Part shown: positions 19,121 through 28,804 of the stretch, one piece after another
Layout of the letters: each line of letters starts with the position of its first letter
How positions within the stretch are numbered: the first letter of the stretch is position 1
Virus record (IMG/VR): IMGVR_UViG_3300031371_000001
Location: 36,652-100,651 of that record
Source: a virus
Strand: one strand, 5' to 3'
Length of the DNA: 64,000 nt
Notes under the pieces: generated by a model
What the model was told of the DNA's origin: nothing
The model's database searches: none
What the model saw: only the letters and a program-made list of their open reading frames with translations
Program-made: the position numbers and the translations under genes

Positions 19121-21409
19121 CTATGCCAACGACTCGAAGACGCCAGCCTTGCCGATCGTGATAATGAACCTTTCCACGGTGTCGGAAAGACGCAACGTGA
19201 TCTCAGCGTTCAAGTCGCCAGCGGCGCGCGTCAAGTCGGTGTTGATTTCGTTGTCCACCTTGATCGAAGCGGCCTCCTCGAACGTGTCGCCGCGGATCGC
19301 ACGCTTGACCCATTCGGGAATGAAAAACGATTTGAGTGCGGACAACGCCTCTTGTTGCGTCACGGGATCGTTGATCGCGAACACAATCCAATCGAAGTTT
19401 TCGAGGAGGACGTGTTCATAGTGCGACATGAGTTCCCTTTGATGCTTCCACTTCCAGGAAGGATCGGAAGCAACGGTTCGATCGCCCCAAATGACGAAGT
19501 TGCCCTTGACCTTTTTGATCACCCCGATGCCGCGCGGGTTGAGCTTTTCTTCATTCAGGACCGTATCGCCGGTCGGCAGTTCAACGATTCGCGGAAGCGT
19601 CACGTCGATACCGGCGGCCGCCTTGTGGAATCCGTTGTAATTCTTCGCAACCAGCGCCTCCCTCCCGTGGATCGCTCCAGTCGAAGAAATGGTCTTCAAG
19701 GCGGTCAGTTCCTCCACTTGCACCTTGCCGAACGACGGGAACGAAACAACGGCGAAGTCATTTCGTCCAAGCGTGTCGTCAATGTGAGAAATCGCGGAAT
19801 CTTCGTCCGTCGTCCCGGAGGGGATCTCGTATCGCCATTCATAGCCGAAGGCTTCGGCCAACGCGGCGCCCGCCTTCTGAACGGCTGTAGCCGTGACACC
19901 AGGGGAGGCCAGCTTGATCAAGCCCTTGTTCTTCCCCTGGAATTGCTTGATCAACGTCGTCGCCGGATTCATGGCGGACGTGTAATCGGCGTCCGCAAGG
20001 TCCGCGATCCCGTCGTACCCTCCCTCCAGTTCGGAAGGGAAGGACGCCATGAAATCCTTTCCGGCGGCGGTAACTGCCGTCAGGTCAATGGAAGCGTCCA
20101 CCGTGATCGTGTCGTGATCGTTGTCCGTCACTCGATAGGACAACTTCGGCGTGTCCGTGTAGTTCGGGAACAGTTCATGTCCGATCAATGCGTCCGGTTC
20201 GAGGGGCATATAATCGAGCGTGATCACGTCACCGGCGGCGAGGATGGTTCCGCCATTCACGACGGAGATCGGGGGAACATACGGGCAATCAGGTGCCCAC
20301 GCGCCGCCGATCGTGTGCGTCGGGCCGATCGCGCCGAACTTGTCGGATACCCAATCGATCCCGGTTGCCAGCGCGTCCACCGTTCCGACAAGGCGATCGG
20401 GAACCATGTCGTCAGTCGTCGCGCCAAGCGTGACGGTCGGATCGGCGCCCGTGACGGAAGCGACGACGTGTTGGAAAAGCTCCCGCGTCAGGATATTCGC
20501 GGACACGACGTCGACAACCCCAAAGGCGTTGGCGGGTCGAATCTCCGGGGTGTAACCTCCGGTCCAGAGGTTTTCAACCAAGATTTCGTAATTCGCCCCG
20601 TCTTCATTGACGACGGCTTCAACGTTGTTCTTCTTCGTGGGATCTTGGTTACAGTTCGGGAACGGCTTGATAAGCGCGCCGTCAACGTAACATTCGATCC
20701 CGTATTCGTTCGTCGGATCGTCTTCCCCGCCTTCGAGGAACTTGACGGAAAGCGCCTTGCCTTCGTTGTCCAGCTTCAAGAGATATCCGAGATCGCCTCC
20801 ACCTCCAGCCGTCCAGTCGGTTTTCATGGTTGCGTCGGCTTCGACCGTGACAACGCCGGCAGTCGTGTTCCCGATGATCTTGTATGACTTGGTTGGCACT
20901 TCGTCCAGGACGATATACCCGCCGACCCATTCGTCGGTCAGCATGGTAAGGCCGGTCGTGAGAGTCGTTTCCGTGATATCGCCGGCGCCGGAAACTTCGT
21001 TCCAAAGGCGATTTTTCTTCCCACCCCAACGGCCTCCGTTGTGAGCCGTCACCTTCAGGATCTTCGTCAGGGTTGCCCCCTCCTTGCGATTCCAGAAGGT
21101 AAGTTCCGACTTCCTTTCGTTGCCGTCCGTGACACGAATCAACCAGAGTTCCCCGGCGCCTTGTGAGTGTTGCCAGAAATCTTCGCAAGCGTCCGGGCCG
21201 ACAAGCGAGAGATCGTCAAGGCGAGTCCCGCACTTGCGGAACAGATCGCGGGATCCGTTCGTGGGGATCAACTTGTCCATGTCCCCCTTTTCGAGAACGG
21301 CAAAGTAGCAAGTCACGCCAAGCGGCGCTTGCTCGATCGGCTTGGAAGCTTCCTTTTCTACAACCACGACACCTGCCGCAAGCGTGGGTCCAAAGCGCCT
21401 TTGAGCCAT
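19121..21409 (-). CDS. Tail sheath protein
   Basis: GVVVVEK, GFHKAAAG, LNPRGIGVI, IWGDRT, WIVFAIND motifs. Confidence 0.95.
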   Translation of the reverse strand: MAQRRFGPTLAAGVVVVEKEASKPIEQAPLGVTCYFAVLEKGDMDKLIPTNGSRDLFRKCGTRLDDLSLVGPDACEDFWQHSQGAGELWLIRVTDGNERKSELTFWNRKEGATLTKILKVTAHNGGRWGGKKNRLWNEVSGAGDITETTLTTGLTMLTDEWVGGYIVLDEVPTKSYKIIGNTTAGVVTVEADATMKTDWTAGGGGDLGYLLKLDNEGKALSVKFLEGGEDDPTNEYGIECYVDGALIKPFPNCNQDPTKKNNVEAVVNEDGANYEILVENLWTGGYTPEIRPANAFGVVDVVSANILTRELFQHVVASVTGADPTVTLGATTDDMVPDRLVGTVDALATGIDWVSDKFGAIGPTHTIGGAWAPDCPYVPPISVVNGGTILAAGDVITLDYMPLEPDALIGHELFPNYTDTPKLSYRVTDNDHDTITVDASIDLTAVTAAGKDFMASFPSELEGGYDGIADLADADYTSAMNPATTLIKQFQGKNKGLIKLASPGVTATAVQKAGAALAEAFGYEWRYEIPSGTTDEDSAISHIDDTLGRNDFAVVSFPSFGKVQVEELTALKTISSTGAIHGREALVAKNYNGFHKAAAGIDVTLPRIVELPTGDTVLNEEKLNPRGIGVIKKVKGNFVIWGDRTVASDPSWKWKHQRELMSHYEHVLLENFDWIVFAINDPVTQQEALSALKSFFIPEWVKRAIRGDTFEEAASIKVDNEINTDLTRAAGDLNAEITLRLSDTVERFIITIGKAGVFESLA

Positions 21410-21411
21410 GA

Positions 21412-22263
21412 CTAAACCTCCGTTTGCCTTTCAGCAATTAAAGCGCGAAAGTATTGTGTCCAATACTCCCGATCGTGCAAGTTAGTTTTCGAATGGCAAG
21501 AATGGCAAAGCGTGATCAAGTTCTTTGGATCAAGATTCGCCTTGTCGTAATCTATGTGATGGACACTCAAGGACTTGCCTTCTTCGTCCTGTTGCTTACC
21601 GCATTCGACGCAACGATAGCCGTCCCTTTCCCTTATAAGTTCTTTAAACTTATTCGTCCATCCTATCGGATACGGCGCAAACGAAGAACCGCCCTTCCAT
21701 GCCGAAGAATCAGGGCCGGATTGAACCGGCTTCCTTCCAATTGCGTAGGCTTCAAGTACAGCATTTGAAATGCGCTTCTTTGTTTCTTCTGAATGCTTAC
21801 AACCAATGCGCGGATCCGGCTGTTGCATCCTAGAAGCGCGAAGCTTTTTCTTCGTTCCTTCTGAATGCGATTTGCCGAAGAATGGGTTTGCTTCGCCCCG
21901 AACCATTGCGCTAGTTGTCTCGCTCATTTTGCGCTTGGACGCTTCAGAGTGTTTCTTGCCTTGCATTGGATGGACAATCGAACCTTCGGTATAACGCCGC
22001 TTCAAGGTTTCCGAAATCTTCCTCCGTTGTTCTTCAGAAATCGAAATTCCATTGTTGTGCGGCACGTTGCCTTTTTTGAACCTTCCGCTTCCTGGATTCG
22101 CGCGCACACCTTCAGATATCTTCCTCTTGTGTTCTTCGGAGTGCTTCTTCCCAAGTCTTGCGTTGACTTGCCGCGTGCGGTGTTCGGGATCTTGCCAACT
22201 CTTTTTGTGCGAAGCGGACATTTTTGCCCGTGCTTCTTCGCTATGTCGGCTTCCCTTTTTCAC
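21412..22263 (-). CDS. Free-standing NUMOD3-HNH homing endonuclease
   Basis: Repeated (K)HSEExKxK(I/M)S NUMOD3 motifs; C-terminal RDGYRCVECG...VHHIDYDKANLDPKNLITLCHSCH; start placed at GTG 22263 after the upstream stop. Confidence 0.9.
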   Translation of the reverse strand: MKKGSRHSEEARAKMSASHKKSWQDPEHRTRQVNARLGKKHSEEHKRKISEGVRANPGSGRFKKGNVPHNNGISISEEQRRKISETLKRRYTEGSIVHPMQGKKHSEASKRKMSETTSAMVRGEANPFFGKSHSEGTKKKLRASRMQQPDPRIGCKHSEETKKRISNAVLEAYAIGRKPVQSGPDSSAWKGGSSFAPYPIGWTNKFKELIRERDGYRCVECGKQQDEEGKSLSVHHIDYDKANLDPKNLITLCHSCHSKTNLHDREYWTQYFRALIAERQTEV

Positions 22264-22267
22264 GATC

Positions 22268-23506
22268 CTACGCTTCTTTTTGAAGGTCAAGGTTAAACGT
22301 CTTGACCCCGTGCGTTTGCTCCGCGGCGCCTTCAATCATCGCATTCTTCACAGTCACGCGATAGCGGGAAGAAAGACGACCCTTGTTATCGGGTCCACTT
22401 CGCCCGCCGTATGATTCGTCAATGACGACATCAAAGCGTTCATCCAGCGCCAGTGATCTAATTTGGTTCAATGTAGCAAAGAACTGTTCCGCTTGTCCAG
22501 TGACCCGGAGGTGATCCGACGGATCCGACGTCTCGATCGCCATATAGATCAGCACGTCCCCAACGCGCGTGTTCTTCCATTGATAGGCTTCATTAGTATC
22601 GCGCCTCAAAACGTGATTGCGATACTTACCGCGAACCGTCTTAACCGAAGCGTCCTCGATCCAAATCGCCGGGACTTTCGATGTTTCGAGATAATCAACG
22701 TCCGTCGCAAACGCCACTTGCGGCGAGTATTCGAGATCGATCCATAGGACGTGCCCGGTTGAAACAACGGACGTCAATGTCAGGACCGGATCCGCCCAAC
22801 TCGAAAATAGGTTGTTGTTGTGATTCGGGTCAACGTCGTGATCGTAGACCGCAAGGATCGAGACGATCGACAAGTCGAGTTCCGGAGGGTATTCGGTCGA
22901 AAGGTTGAAGGTGTCGGAATCGGCTGTCACTTCTAGGACGTGTTGACGCCAAGCGACGAAGTTTTCTTTCAGTTCTTCCGTGAAGGACGTTATCAAGTCC
23001 TTCAGGAAATCGATCCGCCCGCTGTATGCAAACCGCAGTTCGAGGACTTCCGGCGTGATCGTCTTATCGCTTGTTCGAGGATTGACGATAACCCCGATCG
23101 TGTTCCCGCTCCAAGACGAAAGCCCTTCGTTGATCTCTTGTTCGGTGTTCCAAAGGGTTGTCGAAACGGTCCACGCGGCGCCTGTCCAATAGAATTCGTC
23201 CGTCCCATCCGTCAGCCTGAAATAGTAACTCGTGACAACCGTTCCGGTGTCGTCCTTCTTCTCCGTCGTGATCGCCTCGAATGCCAACCATTGAAGGCAA
23301 GCTTCCGGGGAGGTCGTCCAGGTCGTAACGTAGGCGTCCGAATCATTCTCCGGATAGTAGCCGTCCGAATCCTTCTTCAAGAGGACTCGCAACAATTCAG
23401 GCGAAAGGCGAATCTTCGTCGTGTCGGAGAACGTCAGGAGGGATCGGTTCTTCTCGATCAACTCGAAAAGCTTGATTAGGTTCCTTGCCGCATAGGTAGA
23501 GGTCAC
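22268..23506 (-). CDS. Probable tail terminator/neck protein with extra domains
   Basis: Lies between neck genes and sheath; 412 aa; KVPAIWI motif. Confidence 0.55.
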   Translation of the reverse strand: MTSTYAARNLIKLFELIEKNRSLLTFSDTTKIRLSPELLRVLLKKDSDGYYPENDSDAYVTTWTTSPEACLQWLAFEAITTEKKDDTGTVVTSYYFRLTDGTDEFYWTGAAWTVSTTLWNTEQEINEGLSSWSGNTIGVIVNPRTSDKTITPEVLELRFAYSGRIDFLKDLITSFTEELKENFVAWRQHVLEVTADSDTFNLSTEYPPELDLSIVSILAVYDHDVDPNHNNNLFSSWADPVLTLTSVVSTGHVLWIDLEYSPQVAFATDVDYLETSKVPAIWIEDASVKTVRGKYRNHVLRRDTNEAYQWKNTRVGDVLIYMAIETSDPSDHLRVTGQAEQFFATLNQIRSLALDERFDVVIDESYGGRSGPDNKGRLSSRYRVTVKNAMIEGAAEQTHGVKTFNLDLQKEA

Positions 23507-24147
23507 GACTTGATCGCCTTCTTCAACGCGCGCTTCACGGCGTTTTGCATTTCCACTTGAAACTTAGCACGGAACGTTTCATCAGCAAAGGAAAGCCTGA
23601 TCCAAGGACGCGACGGGATCACGATATGTGTCGTTGTCCTGCGAAGGGGCTTCCAATGCTGGTATCGCTCGAACAATACCTTCGCACGTCCGGTCAACTC
23701 GCCCGGATCGATATGACCTTCCGAAGCAAGCGACAGATACCAAAACATCCGCCGCATTTTTGCAGTCACTTCGATCCGCATTCCCTCGTGTAGACCTTCA
23801 CCGATGTTCACAAGCGACTTCCCGTCGCGCGCCTTCGCCGTCGCAAGAACTCCGATGAAACATTCCATCCCGTCAGACGACAACCTATGTGTTTGAGCGG
23901 CGAAAAGATCCCCGTAATCCGCAAGAGGTGTCGTTGATCCCTTGATCGCAATCGTCAAGGCGGCGTTCTTCACTCCAACCTTGCCCGTGATATGACTTCG
24001 CATTGTCTTTCGCATCGCAAAGCCGGCGACGTCGAGTGACTTTTTGATCTCAGGTTTCAGGAACTTCATGAAACGAGGGTGGGATAACGCCTTCTCGTAA
24101 ACCTCCCATCCCTTGTCAAACTTGAAATGTACGGGAGTGACGGGCAT
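23503..24147 (-). CDS. Neck/tail completion protein
   Basis: NAALTIAIKGSTTPLADYGDL and IVIPSRPWI motifs. Confidence 0.75.
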   Translation of the reverse strand: MPVTPVHFKFDKGWEVYEKALSHPRFMKFLKPEIKKSLDVAGFAMRKTMRSHITGKVGVKNAALTIAIKGSTTPLADYGDLFAAQTHRLSSDGMECFIGVLATAKARDGKSLVNIGEGLHEGMRIEVTAKMRRMFWYLSLASEGHIDPGELTGRAKVLFERYQHWKPLRRTTTHIVIPSRPWIRLSFADETFRAKFQVEMQNAVKRALKKAIKS

Positions 24148-24539
24148 TACTTCACGGGCGATCGATCGTGATAGAAGATCCGGACAAGGGTTTGACCGTC
24201 TTGATCCGTATATCCGGCCTTGTATTCAAGGCGAGTGACATAATAGACGACGGTTCGCTTCCCGACCTTCACGATCTTGTCCCCGATGTTGATCGTGATC
24301 CCCGCCTTGTCTAGATCATGCGTCCTCGCAAGAACGTAGCCCTCCGCAAGTTCCTCCCGTCCGCCGGGATTCATTGCAAGTTGATCATGTCGCTTGTTCG
24401 ACAGTTGCGCGCGGATCGTCACGGTCGATCGAACCGGGGATCCGACAACGGTTCGGGTTCGCGGATCCGTGATCGTCTTCGTGTCGTCCTTCTGTTCAAT
24501 GACGACGTTGACAGGATGGATCAGATTGGGGAGGACCAT
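24147..24539 (-). CDS. Head closure protein
   Basis: 130 aa beta protein, INIGDKIV; follows the adaptor. Confidence 0.7.
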   Translation of the reverse strand: MVLPNLIHPVNVVIEQKDDTKTITDPRTRTVVGSPVRSTVTIRAQLSNKRHDQLAMNPGGREELAEGYVLARTHDLDKAGITINIGDKIVKVGKRTVVYYVTRLEYKAGYTDQDGQTLVRIFYHDRSPVK

Positions 24540-25282
24540 TACGGCGACTCCATGAAATCGCCGGGTTCGGAGTAGACGACGGCGACGATTCGCGGCGCCA
24601 TGAACATTTTCAATATCCCATTGATGACAGGATCTTGCACAACGTCAATCCAATCCGTCTTTTTCGCACCCGACGAACCCCACAAGGAAGCGTATTCGAT
24701 CGAATGTCCATCCGTGACTTCTCGACGCTTCAAGGCGGCAAGAGGATCGACGCCCGGGCCGGAACCTGGATCGCCAAGCTTTCCAAGATGATTGATCACG
24801 AGCTTTTTCAAAGCATAGATGATCCGCGCCGGCGTTGCGCCGTTTTCGAGATAGCCGAAGTGGCCCTTCACTTTCTGATTAAGGTGGCCCTTCTCGAAAA
24901 CGCGATTCAGGAAGGCTTGATCGTAGATCGTCCCGTCAACGTCGCGGCTTCGCTTGATCGATATCCGGGGATTCTTCCTGTCGTCCTTCAGCGCGTCCGA
25001 AGGCGTCCTGTTGTAAACAGCGATCGCATCCAGGTCAACGGCGTTCGTGAAGTCGCCGTTGATATAGAGTTCGTCCAAGCTGATCACGGGGACTTGGAAC
25101 CAAAGCGATTCCATCCCTGTTCCGTCAATGTAGAATTCGACAAGCCGATCTTCGAACCATTGCTTCGTCGCAGCTTCGATGAACTCTTGCCAAAGATCGA
25201 TCTGGATCTGAACGTCGGGAGCCGGGTAATCCGCCGGATCGATCCCTTCGTCGTAAATGTCGGTGGGGGTTATGTAACTCAT
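24539..25282 (-). CDS. Head-tail adaptor
   Basis: MSYITPTDI start, GY...TPARIIYALKKL, EVTDGHSIEY. Confidence 0.75.
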   Translation of the reverse strand: MSYITPTDIYDEGIDPADYPAPDVQIQIDLWQEFIEAATKQWFEDRLVEFYIDGTGMESLWFQVPVISLDELYINGDFTNAVDLDAIAVYNRTPSDALKDDRKNPRISIKRSRDVDGTIYDQAFLNRVFEKGHLNQKVKGHFGYLENGATPARIIYALKKLVINHLGKLGDPGSGPGVDPLAALKRREVTDGHSIEYASLWGSSGAKKTDWIDVVQDPVINGILKMFMAPRIVAVVYSEPGDFMESP

Positions 25283-25599
25283 GGCCCGACGCGCCTCCCT
25301 AGTCTTTCAATACCCGAAACCGCGATCCCCGACAAGTATAGCGTGATCGTGTAGACGACGGAACCGGCGAAGTATCGAACCCGGACGCCCTTGAATTCGT
25401 CGCCCTTCTTCATGGGTTCTACCTTGACGTTGCAATGTCGGAACTTCCGGGGCGGCAGGAAGCGCGAAGCCGTCGCGCCGTTTTGCAAGGTGAAGCCGCG
25501 CGCTTCACTCGACTCGATAATGGAAGCCCATTCTTCCCATTGCTCGAACGGGAAGGTTAGTGTCTGGCCGCTTGAAAGGTTTACGAGGAGGGACGGCAC
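25279..25599 (-). CDS. Hypothetical protein
   Basis: Fills the gap in the late operon; ATGA overlap. Confidence 0.6.
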   Translation of the reverse strand: MPSLLVNLSSGQTLTFPFEQWEEWASIIESSEARGFTLQNGATASRFLPPRKFRHCNVKVEPMKKGDEFKGVRVRYFAGSVVYTITLYLSGIAVSGIERLGRRVGP

Positions 25600-25614
25600 G
25601 GCGGCGCCGCGCGA

Positions 25615-26103
25615 CTAGCCGGCGGTGATCTTCGCAAGCTGAATCAGATCATCCTTGCGGGCGTTCGACGGATAGTCAACGCCGGCGCCGTCAAGGTAGG
25701 ACTTCAGTTCCGAAACCGTCATTCCGTCGAAGTCTTCTGGTTCGTCGTCGCCGTCGTCTTCGTCGTCAAACGGGTCCGCTTCGTCGCCGTCGTCGTCGGG
25801 ATCTTCGGGTTCACCGTCAGAATCGCCGGAATCGGCCCCTGAAGCTCCGGAGTCGTCGCCCCCGTCCTCCGGGTCGTCTCCGTCTTCGGGGACGATAGGA
25901 GGCGGTTCAGGCGCCTTCCTCGGCTTTTCCGTGACAGGGGAAAGCCTGAACTTCTGGCCGCCTTCCATTTGACGCAATGCGTCGGCTTCGGCGTCCGTCA
26001 GTTCGAGGTTCGCTGGACGATTCTGGTAGAAAGTCCGTCCCGTCGAATCCGTGTAAGAAAACCCTTGCACGAGAACGACGTTGTAAAGCTTGCGTTCGGG
26101 CAT
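25615..26103 (-). CDS. HeH/LEM (Rho-N-like) domain protein
   Basis: C-terminal MTVSELKSYLDGAGVDYPSNARKDDLIQL after an acidic linker; typical position after the capsid gene. Confidence 0.8.
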   Translation of the reverse strand: MPERKLYNVVLVQGFSYTDSTGRTFYQNRPANLELTDAEADALRQMEGGQKFRLSPVTEKPRKAPEPPPIVPEDGDDPEDGGDDSGASGADSGDSDGEPEDPDDDGDEADPFDDEDDGDDEPEDFDGMTVSELKSYLDGAGVDYPSNARKDDLIQLAKITAG

Positions 26104-26122
26104 TGTTTCCTCCGATTCCCGG

Positions 26123-26157
26123 AAGCGAAAGCGCGGGGCGCCTCGACGCCCGCGCGC
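26123..26157 (-). terminator. Probable terminator after the capsid gene
   Basis: GCGCGGGCGTC-GA-GGCGCCCCGCGC hairpin then TTTCGCTT. Confidence 0.5.
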
Positions 26158-26175
26158 TATCGTCCGAAGGAATGG

Positions 26176-27375
26176 TTAGATCGTGTCCCCGACGTTGTAG
26201 CCCTTGACCAGCGCGGACAGTTCCTCCACCTGGACCGCGACCTTCGCCGTGATCGCGTATTGGTTCACCCGCTTGAAGATATCCCGGTCCTTCTCGATCC
26301 GGATGTCGCGGCCGATCCCAATGATGAAGTTGTCCATGTGGGTCAAGATAACCTGCGGCATCGCCTGATACGTCACCTTGACGGCGGCGCCGAACAGCGA
26401 AGCGGCAGGGGTGATCGTCCCGTTCGTGGCATCGAACGTGTAGTCCGTCCCGGCGCCCGTGTACGGAGTCACCGGAACCTCCGCAAGGGTCTGATCCGTC
26501 ACGATGTCGCTTCCCACCACAAGAGGCTTGTAACGAAGCGTGTAAGGGGTCGCACCACCGGGGAGGGTGATATGCTCGACCACCGTGGGGTTGAACGGCA
26601 TGAGTGCAACCGGGACGATCGGGATCCCGAAGGCTCCCGGCGGCTTGTCCATTCCGAGCGCCGCATCGCCAAGACCCGTCGCACGGGTCGAAAGCTTTTC
26701 GGCGTACAGTTGTGCGAGGTCCGCCGGGACGAAGTAGCGGAGATTCGCGAGGTTCTTTCGGAACTTCGTAGGCATCGCCCGCTTCAGCTTCGCGAAGACT
26801 CCCGCGCCGATCGAAGCGTCGGAAATGTCGACGGTGTTCCCGCCGTCCGCCAGCCGTGCCCACCCGTTGAACATCGCAAGGTAGCTGTCCTTGATCACCT
26901 GCGAAGTCGATCCAGGAGGATAGATGTTATCCTCCAGGTCCGCGATTCCAAGCACGTCAGCATTCAGGTACAACTCCTCCAAGTTGTTCCCAAGTTGACG
27001 GGCCATCATGCGGATAATGTGGTCTTCCGCACCATCGCCTTCGATGTTCACTTCCTTGAAGTTGTCGGAAATCTCGAACGGCACGATGATTTCCTTGGGG
27101 GTGAGCGTGATCTTGCTTGTCGTCACGCCGCGACGGTGCGATGGAGCAACCGCCTCCGCGGCCGGCATTGCCACGCGGCCGCCGACACCGATCTTGTCGA
27201 TGTCGAGGTCTTCGTTGCGGAAGCGAACAACGCGGGCGTTGTTCTTCAGAAAAGTTTCATCGATCACGTAATCGATGAACTTGTCGGATTGCTTCGCGTT
27301 CAGCTTGCCGGCAGTTGCGATCGTGTCAGTCGTGATCGCCGCCTTCTCACGATCAAGGATTTCTTCGGGCTTCAT
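26176..27375 (-). CDS. Major capsid protein (HK97 fold, PBSX XkdG-like)
   Basis: GKLNAKQSDKFID, NIEG, IGIGRDIRIEKDRDI motifs; strong SD. Confidence 0.93.
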   Translation of the reverse strand: MKPEEILDREKAAITTDTIATAGKLNAKQSDKFIDYVIDETFLKNNARVVRFRNEDLDIDKIGVGGRVAMPAAEAVAPSHRRGVTTSKITLTPKEIIVPFEISDNFKEVNIEGDGAEDHIIRMMARQLGNNLEELYLNADVLGIADLEDNIYPPGSTSQVIKDSYLAMFNGWARLADGGNTVDISDASIGAGVFAKLKRAMPTKFRKNLANLRYFVPADLAQLYAEKLSTRATGLGDAALGMDKPPGAFGIPIVPVALMPFNPTVVEHITLPGGATPYTLRYKPLVVGSDIVTDQTLAEVPVTPYTGAGTDYTFDATNGTITPAASLFGAAVKVTYQAMPQVILTHMDNFIIGIGRDIRIEKDRDIFKRVNQYAITAKVAVQVEELSALVKGYNVGDTI

Positions 27376-27394
27376 TTCGAGCCTCCTCCGTTTT

Positions 27395-27424
27395 GTTATA
27401 GCCTCGACAAAAGCAAGGCGTCAA
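27395..27424 (-). promoter_or_regulatory. Sigma70-like promoter in front of the capsid gene
   Basis: TTGACG-18bp-TATAAC then GGAGGAGG SD. Confidence 0.7.
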
Positions 27425-27442
27425 GTGCCTGTCCTTGTCCCC

Positions 27443-28801
27443 CTACAGAACGCCCTTCCAAAGACCATCGGCCTCCTTGGAGCGTTCCTCCTCCTTCACG
27501 TCGGGTTCGTCCGCCCCCTTGCTTGCGCCGCGGACCTTGGAGATCCCCTCGATCGTCTTTTGCATTTCCGAGATCGTCTTGCCCTGCGCGGCGATCTTCT
27601 CGTTCATTTGCTTCATGGCGTCCGTCTCGGTTCCCCCGTCGCCTTCGTCTTCGCCCTTCAGCAACTTGATCGCATCGTTGATCGTGGACCGCTGGCCTTC
27701 CAGCTTTTCGATCATGGCGTCAACCTTGGACTTGCGCGCCTTCTCCGTGTCCTTGTCGTCGCCTTCGTCGGACTTCTTCTCGGCGTCCTTGTCTTCGGCG
27801 TCGTCGTCGGACTTCTTCTCGGCGTCCTTGTCCTTCTCGTCGTCCTTCTTCGCGTCGTCGGACTTCTTCTCGGCGTCCTTGTCCTTGCCTTCTTCGTCGC
27901 CCTTCTTCGCGCCTTCGTCCTTTTCCTTGTCCTTGTCGATCATTTCCAAAAGCCTCCCTGCCGCTTCGGCAACCGCCACATCACCTTCAGCGGCGGCCCG
28001 TTGCTTGATTGCTATTACGGCGCTCCGGAAAACCTTTCCGTCCTTGCCGAACGGATAGCGAAAGCGCGCCTTCGTTTCTTCGTTCTCTTGTCGATTGACG
28101 CCAAGAAACCACTTGGCATAGTTGGACCAGTCCGGGGGATCTCCAAGGATCTTGTTCCCGTCGTCGCCGCTGAAAGCCCAAGACGATTCACGATCGACCT
28201 TGCCACCTTCGACAAGGGATCGCGCGTGGGAATTCCCGGGGGTGTTCAACTCGGCGGCCTTCTCCGTGTCCGCCTCCTTTGCGAACAGGGTTTCAAGTTC
28301 GAAAAGAACGCCCTTCAGTTCTTCGTTGTCCCCCGCTAGTTCGGACGCCTTCTTCAGACGTTCAACGATAGGGCTTCCCGCCTTCGTCGCGTTCTCCGTC
28401 AGAATGGCGGCGACCGGATAGTCTTCAGCCTTTGCGACTTCGCCGGCCATTGCCGTTGACACGATCCAGCCGTTGCGATTCAACTTGAAGATCACGTCGT
28501 AAAGCGCATCGCGATCGCGTTCTTCGGCTTCACCGCCGATAACCCTTTCGAGAAGGATTCTGGCAAGCGCGCCTTCTTCCTGAAGAAGCTTTTTGTGAAG
28601 GTCCATTGCCTTTTCAACTTCAACGTCCGTCGCCGGTGTCGTCGTTGCTTCGGGATTCATGGCGCCTCCTGCCGCGTTCTTGACCGCTAAAAGTTCTTCT
28701 TCGTTTGCAGCGCGATCGACAATCGAAACCTCCTTCACGAACGCACGGAGGATCCGTGCGCGTGTTTCGTTCTTCTCGCGTTGTTCGATTGTCGTTGGCA
28801 T
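27443..28801 (-). CDS. Capsid scaffold protein with N-terminal protease-like fragment
   Basis: EVSIVDRAAN motif, K/D/E-rich repeats, C-terminal coiled coil ending LWKGVL; directly upstream of the capsid gene. Confidence 0.75.
   Translation of the reverse strand: MPTTIEQREKNETRARILRAFVKEVSIVDRAANEEELLAVKNAAGGAMNPEATTTPATDVEVEKAMDLHKKLLQEEGALARILLERVIGGEAEERDRDALYDVIFKLNRNGWIVSTAMAGEVAKAEDYPVAAILTENATKAGSPIVERLKKASELAGDNEELKGVLFELETLFAKEADTEKAAELNTPGNSHARSLVEGGKVDRESSWAFSGDDGNKILGDPPDWSNYAKWFLGVNRQENEETKARFRYPFGKDGKVFRSAVIAIKQRAAAEGDVAVAEAAGRLLEMIDKDKEKDEGAKKGDEEGKDKDAEKKSDDAKKDDEKDKDAEKKSDDDAEDKDAEKKSDEGDDKDTEKARKSKVDAMIEKLEGQRSTINDAIKLLKGEDEGDGGTETDAMKQMNEKIAAQGKTISEMQKTIEGISKVRGASKGADEPDVKEEERSKEADGLWKGVL
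27765..27883. repeat. Three coding copies of a 29-bp unit (DKDAEKKSD)
   Basis: TCGTCGGACTTCTTCTCGGCGTCCTTGTC at about 27765, 27804 and 27855. Confidence 0.9.
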
Positions 28802-28804
28802 TAA

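Noticed and set aside
18800-20887. 695-aa plus-strand ORF
   Set aside because: Antisense shadow of the GC3-biased sheath and tube genes; no motifs.
25969-27669. 566-aa plus-strand ORF (and 27275-28339)
   Set aside because: Antisense shadows of the capsid and scaffold genes.
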